From an uncultured Acidimicrobiia bacterium (lineage in GTDB: Bacteria > Actinomycetota > Acidimicrobiia > Acidimicrobiales > AC-14): a stretch of 64,000 bases of DNA. The DNA lies in contig CAWIIV010000006.1 of the NCBI GenBank assembly GCA_963836205.1, forward strand, positions 480,001 through 544,000, given 5' to 3'. Both the position numbers and the translations under genes were made by a program. Under the pieces are notes generated by a model that was given only the letters and a program-made list of their open reading frames with translations, was not told where the DNA came from and did not search any database. Shown here in pieces: positions 49,153 to 59,303 of this stretch; within the stretch, counting starts at the first letter, position 1; each line of letters opens with the position of its first letter.

Positions 49153-49746
49153 GTGAGGCGCCTGGCGGTGGTCGGGGTGGTGCTTGCGGTGACAATCTTC
49201 GGCGCGTGCGGCGGCAAGGACGAACCGTTGGGCCCCATCGGCTCGGTGCCCCAAGCCACCACGACCACCAACCCCTACGCCGTGCCCGCGATGATCGACG
49301 AGGCGTATGTCAATCGCGTATTGGCCGGGTTGGAACGAGCTTTGGGCGACGTGACGCGCCTGATAGTCGGCAGTCTAAACCTCCCGCCGGAGGCCATTGA
49401 TCGTCTCAAGGTCCTCTATCTGGATGACGGACTGCTCCAACTTGTTGTTGACGGCTTCCAAAAAGACCTCCTCCGCGGCCTGGAGGGGATTCGCCCTAAC
49501 CCTGGGGATCGGCGTACGACCGTTATCGAGCTGCTCTCCGTCACGCCTGGGTGCCTGTTCGCACGGGTTCGTACCGATGCCTCAGCGGTAGTGACTACTC
49601 CAAACGCAACCTATGAACAGTGGATTGGACTCGTCCCACTTGACGCATCCCCACCAACAACCTTCAACGCGACGAACTGGGGTTTCGTGTACGAGGGAGC
49701 GAATCCAGACCGGTCGGCACCGGAGGATCCATGCGACGACTCCTAG
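49153..49746 (+). CDS. Lipoprotein, cassette copy 2
   Basis: 197 aa, FGAC lipobox, lower GC in 3' part. Confidence 0.8.
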   Translation: MRRLAVVGVVLAVTIFGACGGKDEPLGPIGSVPQATTTTNPYAVPAMIDEAYVNRVLAGLERALGDVTRLIVGSLNLPPEAIDRLKVLYLDDGLLQLVVDGFQKDLLRGLEGIRPNPGDRRTTVIELLSVTPGCLFARVRTDASAVVTTPNATYEQWIGLVPLDASPPTTFNATNWGFVYEGANPDRSAPEDPCDDS

Positions 49747-50561
49747 TCGTGGCCGGCACCATCATTTCCCTGCTCTCCGTTTCAGATCCCGCGGTCGCGG
49801 CTAGCCAACCGGTATGTCGTTACGTCCCGTCCCTCGCGGACTATCTCTGCGAGGATTTTGAAATCACCCAAACAGGCTCAGATCCGATCAATGGTGCAGG
49901 GCACCTTGCCGGCGGAGCCGATTCGACGGACGGTAAGGTATACGTGCCGTACAAGAAGGTCCTGCCTAGCGGCGGGCCGAATGGCGAACCGTGTTTGGTG
50001 ACCGCCTATCAGGAGGTATTCGAAGGCGAGGACCCCAGAGTCGTCGCGGATATTTCTAATCGATACATCGGCAACATTGGCGTCACTTACAATGACTGCC
50101 CCACGCGGCCGGACGAAGTGTTGGCGGCGGAAACCCCACAGACCTATGTACGGAGCTTCTGGACACGGCAGACGCTGCCGACACCTCAGCCCTATGTCGC
50201 CCCCGGACGCGCAATTACGGGGATGTTCGCGTATCTCGAAACCCGCGGGACCACGACCCATACCTACACCGACCCGGACACCCCCTTTGGCCCACTGACG
50301 GTGGTGGCCACCGGGAGGTACTACGTCGATTGGGGCGACGGGACCCGGACGGGGCCGCACTCGTCCGAGGGCGAGCCGTGGCCGGACGGTGACATCAAGC
50401 ACGAGTACATCCACATCGGCTCGTACGACGTCGTGGTCACCGAGCGGTGGACGGCGACGTGGAGCTTCGGAGACCAATCGGGCGTACTCGATGAGCTTCG
50501 CACCGTGGGGCGCATCGACTACTTCCCCGTGCAGCAGATCCAGGCGGTCGTGTTCCAGTAG
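49731..50561 (+). CDS. Secreted protein with PKD-like C-terminal domain, cassette copy 2
   Basis: Signal peptide, four Cys in variable region, YYVDWGDGT..HEY..GSYDVVVT..WTATW. Confidence 0.8.
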   Translation: MRRLLVVAGTIISLLSVSDPAVAASQPVCRYVPSLADYLCEDFEITQTGSDPINGAGHLAGGADSTDGKVYVPYKKVLPSGGPNGEPCLVTAYQEVFEGEDPRVVADISNRYIGNIGVTYNDCPTRPDEVLAAETPQTYVRSFWTRQTLPTPQPYVAPGRAITGMFAYLETRGTTTHTYTDPDTPFGPLTVVATGRYYVDWGDGTRTGPHSSEGEPWPDGDIKHEYIHIGSYDVVVTERWTATWSFGDQSGVLDELRTVGRIDYFPVQQIQAVVFQ

Positions 50562-50563
50562 GA

Positions 50564-50614
50564 GTTCTGTGGCATGAAAAGGGGCGCCACGCGCCCCTTT
50601 TCATGCCCACAAAC
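50564..50614. repeat. REP-like palindrome, family A copy 4
   Basis: GGCATGAAAAGGGGCGC..GCGCCCCTTTTCATGCC. Confidence 0.8.
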
Positions 50615-50616
50615 GG

Positions 50617-51786
50617 CTACGGCAGCTGACGGGCGCCGATGGTGTCCTTCCAGACCGGTTCGTAGCCGGCGGCTCGCAGCATGGACGCGACCTCCGACGG
50701 CGAGCGGTCGTCGGCGACCTCGAACTGGCCCTCGGCCTCGCTCGGCTCGGCGTAGCCGCCGGGTTCGGTGTGGGAGCCGGCCGACATCGACGTCACGCCC
50801 AACCGGAACACGCCGTCGCGCAGCCGGGGGGCCTCCCGGGTCGACAGCGAGATGCCGACCGTCGGTAGGCACAGCCGCAACGCGCACACGACCTGCACGA
50901 ACTCGGCGTCGGTCAGGGGGCGGGCCGGCTGATACTCGCCAGCGGCGGGGCGCAGGCGGGGTAGCGACACCGACACCTCGCATCGCCACCACCGCCGCAG
51001 CAACGCCGACGCATGGGCACCCACGGCCAGCACCTCTCGCCGCCAGTCGGGGACCAGTCCCAACAATGCCCCGATGCCCAGCGATCGCATCCCGGCCTCG
51101 GCCCCCCGGTCGGGCGCGGCCAGTCGCCAGTCGTAGTTGCGCTTCTTGCCCTTGAGGTGGCACGCCTCGTACACCGTGCGGTCGTACGCCTCCTGGTACA
51201 CGACCAGTCCCTCGCACCCCGCCGCCACCAGCCGGCGGTAGGTCGCGGTGTCCCACACCTGCACCTCCACCGACAGCGACGGGACCACGGGGGCCAGCGC
51301 CGCCACACAGGAGACCAGATACTCCTTCGACACGATCCGGGCGTGCTCGCCGGCGACCAGCAACACGTGCCGGAAACCCCGGGCCACCAGCTCCCGACCC
51401 TCGGCGACGACCTCGTCGACCGTCAGCGTCCGCCGGGCGATCTCGTTGCCGGCGGAGAACCCGCAGTAGGTGCACACCGACACGCACTCGTTGGACAGGT
51501 ACAGCGGCGCGAACAGGCGTACCACCCGTCCGAAGCGCTGCACCGTCGCCCGAGCCGCGGCCGCGGCCAGGTCCTCCAGACGATCCCCGGCCGCCGGCGA
51601 CAGGAGCACGGCCAAATCGGAGAGAGAGCGCCGACCGGCCCGAAGTGACCGGTCGACATCGCCAGGAGTGGCCGACCAAGCCCGCGCCACCAGCCCGGAC
51701 AGGTCGGTCGCCAGCAGGTCGGCCGCCGCCGTCCCCGACGGCACGCCGGCCGGCCGCGACGACAGCTCGACCGCGACAGCGGTCAA
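50617..51786 (-). CDS. thiH: 2-iminoacetate synthase (radical SAM)
   Basis: [56 protein letters not shown]; TTG start overlaps thiG stop. Confidence 0.92.
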   Translation of the reverse strand: MTAVAVELSSRPAGVPSGTAAADLLATDLSGLVARAWSATPGDVDRSLRAGRRSLSDLAVLLSPAAGDRLEDLAAAAARATVQRFGRVVRLFAPLYLSNECVSVCTYCGFSAGNEIARRTLTVDEVVAEGRELVARGFRHVLLVAGEHARIVSKEYLVSCVAALAPVVPSLSVEVQVWDTATYRRLVAAGCEGLVVYQEAYDRTVYEACHLKGKKRNYDWRLAAPDRGAEAGMRSLGIGALLGLVPDWRREVLAVGAHASALLRRWWRCEVSVSLPRLRPAAGEYQPARPLTDAEFVQVVCALRLCLPTVGISLSTREAPRLRDGVFRLGVTSMSAGSHTEPGGYAEPSEAEGQFEVADDRSPSEVASMLRAAGYEPVWKDTIGARQLP

Positions 51787-52553
51787 GAAAGGAAACCCGT
51801 CAACGGTGATGACGCGTTCGCCACCCCTCCCACCGACGGCAGCCCGGCCAGGAACCCCCGGCGACCGGCCTCGACCGCCAACCGGAACGCCGCCGCCATC
51901 GCGGCCGGCGAGCCGGCGGTGCCGATAGCGGTGTTCACCAGCACCGCGTCGGCCCCCAGCTCCAGCGCCTCGGCCGCCTGCGACGGTGCCCCGATGCCGG
52001 CGTCGACCACCACCGGCACCAGCGACTGCTCGACGATGATCTCCAGCGCCCCCCGGGTCCGCAGCCCCTGGTTCGACCCGATCCACGAGCCCAGCGGCAT
52101 CACCGTCGCGCACCCGACCTCCTCCAGCCGCTTGCAAAGCACCGGGTCGGCGTTGACGTAGGGCAGTACCGTGAACCCGTCCCGACACAGGATCTCGGCC
52201 GCCTTGAGCGTCTCCACCCCGTCGGGCAGGAGGTACCGGGGCTCGGGCGTGATCTCCAGCTTGATCCACGTGGGCAGCCCCGCGGCCCGGGCCAGGCGAG
52301 CCAGGCGCACCGCCTCCTCCGCGTCGTCGGCGCCCGACGTGTTTGTCAACAGCAACACCCGCTCAGGGTCGATTGCATCCAGAATGTCGCCGTCGACCGC
52401 GGTCACATCCACGCGCCGCAACGCAACCGTCACCATCTCGGTCCCGGACGCCTCGATCGCCGCCCGCAGCGACTCGTTGGACGGGAACTTCCCGGTCCCG
52501 AGAAACAGGCGGGACTGAAACGTCCGTCCCGCGATCACCAGCGAATCCGACAC
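51783..52553 (-). CDS. thiG: Thiazole synthase
   Basis: [37 protein letters not shown]. Confidence 0.95.
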   Translation of the reverse strand: MSDSLVIAGRTFQSRLFLGTGKFPSNESLRAAIEASGTEMVTVALRRVDVTAVDGDILDAIDPERVLLLTNTSGADDAEEAVRLARLARAAGLPTWIKLEITPEPRYLLPDGVETLKAAEILCRDGFTVLPYVNADPVLCKRLEEVGCATVMPLGSWIGSNQGLRTRGALEIIVEQSLVPVVVDAGIGAPSQAAEALELGADAVLVNTAIGTAGSPAAMAAAFRLAVEAGRRGFLAGLPSVGGVANASSPLTGFLS

Positions 52554-52556
52554 CCT

Positions 52557-52652
52557 GACGCTGCCTTTCGCCCGCATTACCGGGCCGGTCTGGAGGGTCG
52601 CGGGCCGGTCGGGCCCGCCTCTCAGCCCGGCGCTCCGAGCTCCCCTGCGTTC
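52557..52652 (-). promoter_or_regulatory. TPP riboswitch
   Basis: Minus strand GGGGAGC..GCTGAGAG..GACCC..GGTAATGC..GCGAAAGG directly upstream of thiG. Confidence 0.88.
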
Positions 52653-52670
52653 GCGTTCTACCGTACAACC

Positions 52671-53030
52671 GTGCGCTACTGGACCGTGGAGGAGGCGCGG
52701 GACTACCTGCCCCGGCTGAAGCAGCTGGTGGAGTCCGTCCGCCACACCAACCAGGTGCAGGCGGGCAAGGTCGGGTCGCGGAACGGCAACGTCTCGCCCG
52801 TGGCCGAGGCCCGGGAGGCGATCGCCGAGATCAAGGCGGGCGACATCATCCTGCGGGACGCCACCACCGGCCTGAGCGACTTCCCGGCCCTCGGCGAGGA
52901 CGGGGTGGTCTACTACCTGTGCTGGCGGCTGGGCGAGGACGAGCTGTCGTGGTGGCACCTGCCCGAGGAGGGTTTCCCCGGCCGCAAACCCCTCCCCCGC
53001 TACCCACGTGGTCCCGGAGGATCCCTGTGA
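52671..53030 (+). CDS. DUF2203-like protein
   Basis: [30 protein letters not shown]. Confidence 0.8.
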   Translation: MRYWTVEEARDYLPRLKQLVESVRHTNQVQAGKVGSRNGNVSPVAEAREAIAEIKAGDIILRDATTGLSDFPALGEDGVVYYLCWRLGEDELSWWHLPEEGFPGRKPLPRYPRGPGGSL

Positions 53031-53122
53031 GCACGCGCAAACTGATCGTCCTGGCCCTGCTGGCGGGGTTGGCGATCCTCATCGCCTTCACCATCCAGAT
53101 CACGATGGCGACCAACAGGTAG
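53027..53122 (+). CDS. Small single-TM peptide (31 aa)
   Basis: [31 protein letters not shown]; GTGA overlap and GGAGG upstream. Confidence 0.55.
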   Translation: MSTRKLIVLALLAGLAILIAFTIQITMATNR

Positions 53123-53249
53123 CTCGTGCCTGGCCACCGCGGCGCCCGGCGAGCGAGCCCTCCCCACGGCCACCGTTCGCCCCCGCGGAAGATGTCAACC
53201 GTGGGTGGAACGTAAACTTGGCGGTCAACGAGGCTGTGGAGGTTGGTAG

Positions 53250-54650
53250 ATGCGTCGGACAAGGCCCATGTTGCGAGTTGCCGTTCTGTTTCTGACCGTG
53301 AGCGCGTCGCTGGTCACGGCCGCGAGCCGGGCTGACGCCGCCGTCTCCAGCTCGAGCTCCATGACGGTTCCCGTCGCGTCGGCGGTCGGCAACAGTGGCC
53401 TGGCCGGCTCCATCACGGTGCGCAACATCAACACCCCCCCGAACCAGAGCGAGACCAACACCGTGAACCAGCTGCGCCTCGCCCCCTCGTGCGGGAGCGC
53501 TCCAGTTGGCGCCAACCCCTGCCCCACCCCCGATACGGGGGTGTTCTCTGTCGCGCCGTCCGCCTCCGGGGCGGCCGGCACCGCCTGTGCCGGGGTGACC
53601 TTCACCGCCTCCGCCCCCGACGCCGCCGGCATCGTCTCCTTCTCCTCGCCCGGCGCGGTCGTCCTCGCCCCACCGGGGGGCGCCGCGGGCAGCGACCGCT
53701 GCACCGTCAACTTCACCTACAGCACCCTGAAGCTGCCCACGATCGACGTCGACCCGCCGACTCCTGGGGCGCAGACGTTCACCAACGCCCGGACCCAGAG
53801 CACCAGCTCAGGCGGCCAAACGGTGTCCAACTCGTTGAACGTGATGGTCACCGTTGTCCCTGCCCTCGGCGGCTCGACCGTGGCCGACTTCGGTAACGAC
53901 GGGAGGACCGACTTCGCCCTGTTCCGGCCCTCCACGGGCACCTGGCTCGTCCGCAACAGCACCGGCCCCGACCAGATCACGCCATGGGGAACGAACGGCG
54001 ACGTGGCCGTCGCCGGCGATTACAACGCCAACGGCGCGGCCGACCGGGCCGTGTTCCGACCGTCCTCGGGCATGTGGTTCGTCCAGGGCGGTCCCACGGC
54101 CGCGTGGGGAACCTCGGGCGACGTCCCAGTGCCCGCCGACTACGACGGGAACGGTGCCACCGACATCGCCGTGTTCCGGCCGTCGACCGGCACCTGGTAC
54201 GTCAGCGGCGGCGGGGCGGCGGTGGTCTGGGGGACGTCGGGCGACGTCGCCGTTCCCGGCGACTACAACGGGAACGGCACCGACGAGCGAGCGGTGTACC
54301 GCCCCTCCACCGCCGCCTGGTACGTGCAGGGCGGCACGACCACGATCTTCGGTACGGCCGGCGACATCCCTGTGCCCGGCGACTACGACGGAAACGGCAC
54401 GACCGACATCGCCGTGTTCCGGCCGTCGACCGGCATCTGGTACGTCCAGGGCAGCGCGGCGGTGGCCTGGGGGACGTCGGGCGACATCCCCGTACCGGGC
54501 GACTACGACGGCAACGGCACGACCGACCGCGCCGTCTTCCGCAAGTCGACCGGGACCTGGTACGTCCAGGGTGGGAGCGCCACCGTCTGGGGGGCGTCCG
54601 GCGACGTCCCGGTGGCCCTGCCGCCGGCCATCAGGGCGATCGTTCCCTGA
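53250..54650 (+). CDS. Secreted protein with FG-GAP/VCBS-type repeats
   Basis: Signal peptide; about six GDYDGNGTTDIAVFRPSTGTWYV repeats. Confidence 0.85.
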   Translation: MRRTRPMLRVAVLFLTVSASLVTAASRADAAVSSSSSMTVPVASAVGNSGLAGSITVRNINTPPNQSETNTVNQLRLAPSCGSAPVGANPCPTPDTGVFSVAPSASGAAGTACAGVTFTASAPDAAGIVSFSSPGAVVLAPPGGAAGSDRCTVNFTYSTLKLPTIDVDPPTPGAQTFTNARTQSTSSGGQTVSNSLNVMVTVVPALGGSTVADFGNDGRTDFALFRPSTGTWLVRNSTGPDQITPWGTNGDVAVAGDYNANGAADRAVFRPSSGMWFVQGGPTAAWGTSGDVPVPADYDGNGATDIAVFRPSTGTWYVSGGGAAVVWGTSGDVAVPGDYNGNGTDERAVYRPSTAAWYVQGGTTTIFGTAGDIPVPGDYDGNGTTDIAVFRPSTGIWYVQGSAAVAWGTSGDIPVPGDYDGNGTTDRAVFRKSTGTWYVQGGSATVWGASGDVPVALPPAIRAIVP

Positions 54651-54798
54651 GAGGGCCCCGGCACCGGCCGGGTCGTTCGAGGACGTCTTCCGTCGGGGGC
54701 GATCAACCGGCCTCCTCCCGAACGGGCCGTTCACCGCCGGATGACGGTCGTGGGGCAGCGGTGAATCCCCCACGAGGGCGCCGGTAGGCTCTCGATCG

Positions 54799-56200
54799 AT
54801 GGCTGACGCATACGACATCGTCGTGATCGGAGGCGGACCGGGCGGGTACGCGGCCGCCCTCTACGCCGCAGGCGCCGGACTTTCGGTCGCCGTTGTCGAG
54901 AAGGACAAGGTCGGCGGCACGTGCCTGCACCGAGGCTGCATCCCGGCCAAGCAGTTCCTGGAGACGGCCAGCGTGTTCCGCACCGTGGCCGGGGCCAAGG
55001 AGTTCGGCATCCAGGCCGAGCAGCCCACGGTCGACTTCGCCGTCAGCCAGGCCCGCAAGCAGAAGGTGGTCAACCAGCTCTGGAAGGGTCTCCAGACGCT
55101 GATGAAGAGCCGCAAGATCACCACCGTCACCGGCACCGGCGCCCTCGGCCCCGGCCGGACGGTGCGAGGTGACCGACGCCGACGGCGGCACCACCGAGCT
55201 CGTCGGACGTCAGGTGATCCTGGCCTCGGGATCGGTGCCCCGCACCCTGCCCGGCTTCGAGGTCGACGGACGCTTCGTGCTCACGTCCGACGAGGTCCTC
55301 GCCCTCGACCGCCTGCCGGGCTCGGCCGTGGTCATCGGCGGCGGGGCCATCGGCTGCGAGTTCGCCTCCATGATGAGCGACCTCGGCACCCAGGTCACCG
55401 TCCTGGAGGCCCTTCCCCGGATGTTGGCCGGCTGCGACGCCGACGTGGCCGAGGTGGTCGCCCGCTCGTTCAAGCGGCGGGGCATCGACGTGCACGCCGG
55501 CGTCCCCGTCCACGGCCACCAGCAGGGCGACGGCCAGACCACGGTGAGCTTCGGCGACGGCAAGTCGGTCACGGTCGACGTGGTCGTGGTCTCGGTCGGT
55601 CGCCGGCCCCTGAGTGACGGGCTCCTCCTCGACGGCACCGCGGTCGAGGTCGACAGGCGGGGTTTCGTGGCCGTCGACGAGCTCATGCGCACCGCCGAGG
55701 ACGGCGTCTACGCAGTCGGCGACCTGGTCAACACGCCCCAACTGGCCCACGTCGGCTTCGCCGAGGCCATCGTGGCGGTGCAGCACATCCTGGGCGAGGA
55801 CCCCGTCCCGGTCGACTACGGCAACGTGCCCTGGGCCATCTACTGCCACCCCGAGGTCGCCTTCGCCGGTGTGTCGGAGCAGACCGCCCGCGACGCCGGG
55901 CGCGACGTGGTCGTGTCCAAGCACCGGTTCGCCTCGAGCAGCCGGGCCATGATCATCGGGGAGACGGAGGGATTGGTGAAGGTGATCGCCGAGAAGGCGC
56001 CGGACGGGCGGGCCGGCAAGCTGCTGGGCGTGCACATGGCCGGACCGTGGGTGACGGAGCAGCTGGCCGAGGGCTGGCTGGCCGTGAACTGGGAGGCCAC
56101 GCCCGACGACATGGCGCCGTTCATCCATCCCCACCCGACCCTGTCGGAGACGTTCGGCGAGGCCGTCCTGACCCTCACCGGAAGGGGGTTGCACGGCTGA
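54799..56200 (+). CDS. lpdA: Dihydrolipoamide dehydrogenase, one frameshift near 55165
   Basis: GGGPGG, GGTCLHRGCIP, GGGAIGCE, HPHPTLSE; ACGGTGCGAGGTG has one extra base. Confidence 0.9.
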
Positions 56201-57720
56201 TGGACGTCACCATGCCCCAGCTGGGCGAGACCGTCACCGAGGGCACCATCACCCGGTGGTTCAAGCAGGTCGGCGACCAGGTGGCGGAGGACGAGGCCCT
56301 CTTCGAGGTCTCCACCGACAAGGTCGACTCCGAGGTGCCGGCGTCGGCGTCCGGCTACCTGTCCGAGATCCTGGTCAAGGAGGGCGAGACGGTCGACGTC
56401 GGCGCCAAGCTGGCTGTCATCTCCGACCAGCCCGCCGGTGCCGGTGCCGGCGGCGGAGGCGACTCCAACGGCCAGGGCGCGGCGGAGGCGCCCGCACCCG
56501 ATGCGGATGCCGAGGCCGAGGCCACTGGCGAAGCCGACGACACCGATTCGGCCGAGGCCGACGACGCCGAGGCGGCCCAGGACGAGGCTGCTGCGGACGA
56601 AGCCACCGCGGAACCCGAGCCCGCGCCGAAGTCGGCCGCCACCGCGGCGTCGCCCTCGTCGGCCGCGCCCAAGTCCGCCCCGGCCGCACCCACGCCGCCC
56701 GCGACGTCTCGGTCCGCACCCGGTGGCGGCGACGGGGCCGGCCCGGCTGCTGGGCCCAAGCGGGTGCTCTCGCCCGTGGTCCGCCGCCTCATCGCCGAGC
56801 ACGACCTCGATCCCGACCAGATCGCGGGCACCGGCTACCAGAACCGGATCACCCGCGACGACGTCCTCGCCCACCTCGACAAGGGGGCCGCCGGCACCGG
56901 CCCCCGCCCGGCCGCCGCCACGTCCGCGTCCGCGCCCACCGCGCCGGCCCCGTCCGCGCCCGCCCCCGCCCGCCCGGCGGCCACCGTCCCCGCCACCGCC
57001 GGGGCCGGCGGCGATCAGGTCGTCCCCTTCTCCAACATCCGCCGGCGGACGGCCGAGCACATGGTCCGGTCCCTCGACACGTCGGCCCACGTCCTGACGG
57101 TCATCGAGGTCGACTTCGACAACGTCGACCGCGTCCGGCAGGCGGCCAAGGCCAAGTGGAAGGCCGACGAAGGCTTCTCCCTCACCTACCTCCCGTTCGT
57201 TTCCCGGGCCGTCATCGACGCCATCCGTGAGTTCCCCAACGTCAACGCCTCGGTCGACGGCGACTCGCTCGTCGTCCACCGGGCCGTCCACCTCGGCTTC
57301 GCCGTCGACCTCAACTTCGAGGGCCTCATCGTCCCCGTGATCCACGACGCCGACGCCAAGCGCATGCGCTCCCTCGGCCGGGAGCTGGCCGACCTGGCCG
57401 CCCGGGCCCGGGCCAAGAAGCTCAACGCCGACGAGATCCAGGGGGGCACGTTCACCATCACCAACCCCGGCGGCTACGGCACCCTGCTCACGTTCCCGGT
57501 CATCAACCAGCCCAACGTGGCCATCATCTCCACCGATGGCGTGAAGAAGCGCCCCGTGGTGGTCGAGCTGCCCGACGGGTCCGACGCCATCGCCATCCAC
57601 CCGGTAGGCAACCTCGCCCTCAGCTTCGACCACCGGGCCTTCGACGGCGCCTACGCGTCGGCGTTCATCGCCCGGGTCCGCGACATCCTCGAGACCCGCG
57701 ACTGGTCCCAGGAGCTGTGA
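56200..57720 (+). CDS. 2-oxoacid dehydrogenase E2 dihydrolipoamide acyltransferase (DlaT/SucB-like)
   Basis: Lipoyl domain EVSTDKVDSE, E3-binding SPVVRRL, catalytic FDHR. Confidence 0.92.
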   Translation: MDVTMPQLGETVTEGTITRWFKQVGDQVAEDEALFEVSTDKVDSEVPASASGYLSEILVKEGETVDVGAKLAVISDQPAGAGAGGGGDSNGQGAAEAPAPDADAEAEATGEADDTDSAEADDAEAAQDEAAADEATAEPEPAPKSAATAASPSSAAPKSAPAAPTPPATSRSAPGGGDGAGPAAGPKRVLSPVVRRLIAEHDLDPDQIAGTGYQNRITRDDVLAHLDKGAAGTGPRPAAATSASAPTAPAPSAPAPARPAATVPATAGAGGDQVVPFSNIRRRTAEHMVRSLDTSAHVLTVIEVDFDNVDRVRQAAKAKWKADEGFSLTYLPFVSRAVIDAIREFPNVNASVDGDSLVVHRAVHLGFAVDLNFEGLIVPVIHDADAKRMRSLGRELADLAARARAKKLNADEIQGGTFTITNPGGYGTLLTFPVINQPNVAIISTDGVKKRPVVVELPDGSDAIAIHPVGNLALSFDHRAFDGAYASAFIARVRDILETRDWSQEL

Positions 57721-57729
57721 CCGCCTCCG

Positions 57730-57777
57730 AACTGGTGACACATCTGGGGGCCCCGACCACCAGATCCGTCACCAGTT
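57730..57777. repeat. Intergenic inverted repeat (REP-like or terminator)
   Basis: AACTGGTGAC..ATCTGG..CCAGAT..GTCACCAGTT. Confidence 0.6.
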
Positions 57778-57794
57778 GGCACTGAGGCGGGGCC

Positions 57795-59303
57795 GTGCTC
57801 CGGGCCCGGTGGCTGGGGCGGACGCAGTTCGCCGACGCCCACGCCCTCCAGCGGGCGCTGTTCGAGCGGGCCACCGACCCCTACCTGCTCCTCTTGGAGC
57901 ACCCGCACGTCTTCACCCTGGGCTTGCGGGGGACCCTCGACCACGTCCTGACCGACCTCGGGGCGCCGCTGGTCCGCACCGACCGGGGCGGCGACGTCAC
58001 CTACCACGGGCCGGGCCAGCTCGTCGGCTACCCGATCCTCACCTGGCCCAACGGCCCGGGCGCCACGCCCGCCTACGTCCACAGCGTCGAGCAACTGGTG
58101 ATCGACGTGTGCGCCGACTTCGGCCTCGGCGGTGCCGGCCGTCTCTCCGGCTATCCGGGCGTGTGGGTCGACGGCTGCCGCAAGCTGTGCGCCATCGGCG
58201 TCCGCCGCAGCCGGGGCCGCACCATGCACGGCTTCGCCCTCAACGTCGACCCCGACCTGTCGTGGTTCGACCGCATCGTCCCCTGCGGCATCGACGGCTG
58301 CCAGGTCACGTCGCTGGCGGCGGAGGGCGTCGACGTCCCCATGGCCGAGGTGGTCGAGCGCCTCGTCACCCGGGCGGCCGACCAGTGGGACGGGGGACGG
58401 TACGAGGTCACGTCGGTCGAGGGCGAGCGTCCCACCGGCGGCCTCCCGGTCGACGAGCGCAAGCCGCCGTGGCTGCGGGTGCGGGCCGACCTCGGCGCCG
58501 GCTACCGCGACGTCAAGCGCACCATGCGCAGCCTCGACCTGGTGACGGTGTGCGAGGAGGCGGGCTGCCCCAACATCTTTGAGTGCTGGGCCGACGGCAC
58601 GGCCACCTTCATGGTCAACGGCGACCAGTGCACCCGGGCCTGCCGCTTCTGCCTGGTCGACACGTCCCGCCCGTCGGGGGCGCCCGACCCGGCCGAGCCC
58701 GAACGGGTGGCGGAGGCGGTGGCCGAGATGGGACTGGCCCATGCGGTGGTCACCGCGGTGGCGCGTGACGACCTCCCCGACGGGGGCGCGGCCGCCATCG
58801 GCGCGACGGTCGACGCCATCCGCCGCCGCTCGCCCGGCGTCACCGTCGAGGTCCTCATCCCCGACTGCAAGGGCGACCCCGACGCCCTGGCCGCCATCTT
58901 CGCCACCCGCCCCGACGTCCTCAACCACAACCTGGAAACGGTCGCCCGCCTGCAACGGCTGGTCCGTCCCTCCGCCGGCTACGCCCGGAGCCTGGCCGTC
59001 CTGGCCCGGGCCAAGGCGGCCGGGCTCACCACCAAGTCGGGCCTGATCGTGGGGATGGGCGAGACGGAGGACGAGGTGGTGGCGGCCATGACCGACCTCC
59101 GCAGCGTCGGCGTCGACATCCTCACCGTGGGACAGTACCTGCGCCCGTCGGCCGACCACCTGCCCGTCGCCCGGTGGTGGGCGCCCGAGGACTTCGACCG
59201 GGTACGCGCCGCCGGCGCCGCCCTCGGCTTCGCCCACGTGGAGGCGTCGCCCCTCACCCGATCGAGCTATCACGCCCGCCAGGCCGCCGAGGCCGCCCGC
59301 TGA
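57795..59303 (+). CDS. lipA: Octanoyltransferase LipB - lipoyl synthase LipA fusion
   Basis: LipB RGGDVTYHGPGQ, HGFALN, IVPCGI; LipA CEEAGCPNIFEC, CTRACRFC, RSSY. Confidence 0.92.
   Translation: MLRARWLGRTQFADAHALQRALFERATDPYLLLLEHPHVFTLGLRGTLDHVLTDLGAPLVRTDRGGDVTYHGPGQLVGYPILTWPNGPGATPAYVHSVEQLVIDVCADFGLGGAGRLSGYPGVWVDGCRKLCAIGVRRSRGRTMHGFALNVDPDLSWFDRIVPCGIDGCQVTSLAAEGVDVPMAEVVERLVTRAADQWDGGRYEVTSVEGERPTGGLPVDERKPPWLRVRADLGAGYRDVKRTMRSLDLVTVCEEAGCPNIFECWADGTATFMVNGDQCTRACRFCLVDTSRPSGAPDPAEPERVAEAVAEMGLAHAVVTAVARDDLPDGGAAAIGATVDAIRRRSPGVTVEVLIPDCKGDPDALAAIFATRPDVLNHNLETVARLQRLVRPSAGYARSLAVLARAKAAGLTTKSGLIVGMGETEDEVVAAMTDLRSVGVDILTVGQYLRPSADHLPVARWWAPEDFDRVRAAGAALGFAHVEASPLTRSSYHARQAAEAAR

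Noticed and set aside
45725-50561. Diversity-generating retroelement or shufflon behind the cassette variation
   Set aside because: No reverse transcriptase or recombinase nearby; differences are not adenine-specific and no inversion sites are seen
53880-54620. Internal DNA repeats in the 53250 gene
   Set aside because: Explained by ordinary FG-GAP/VCBS protein repeats
55150-55180. Programmed frameshift or pseudogenisation of lpdA (likewise the CPBP gene near 5868 and the transposase near 48160)
   Set aside because: No slippery heptamer; isolated single-base indels in otherwise intact genes are better explained by sequencing/assembly error
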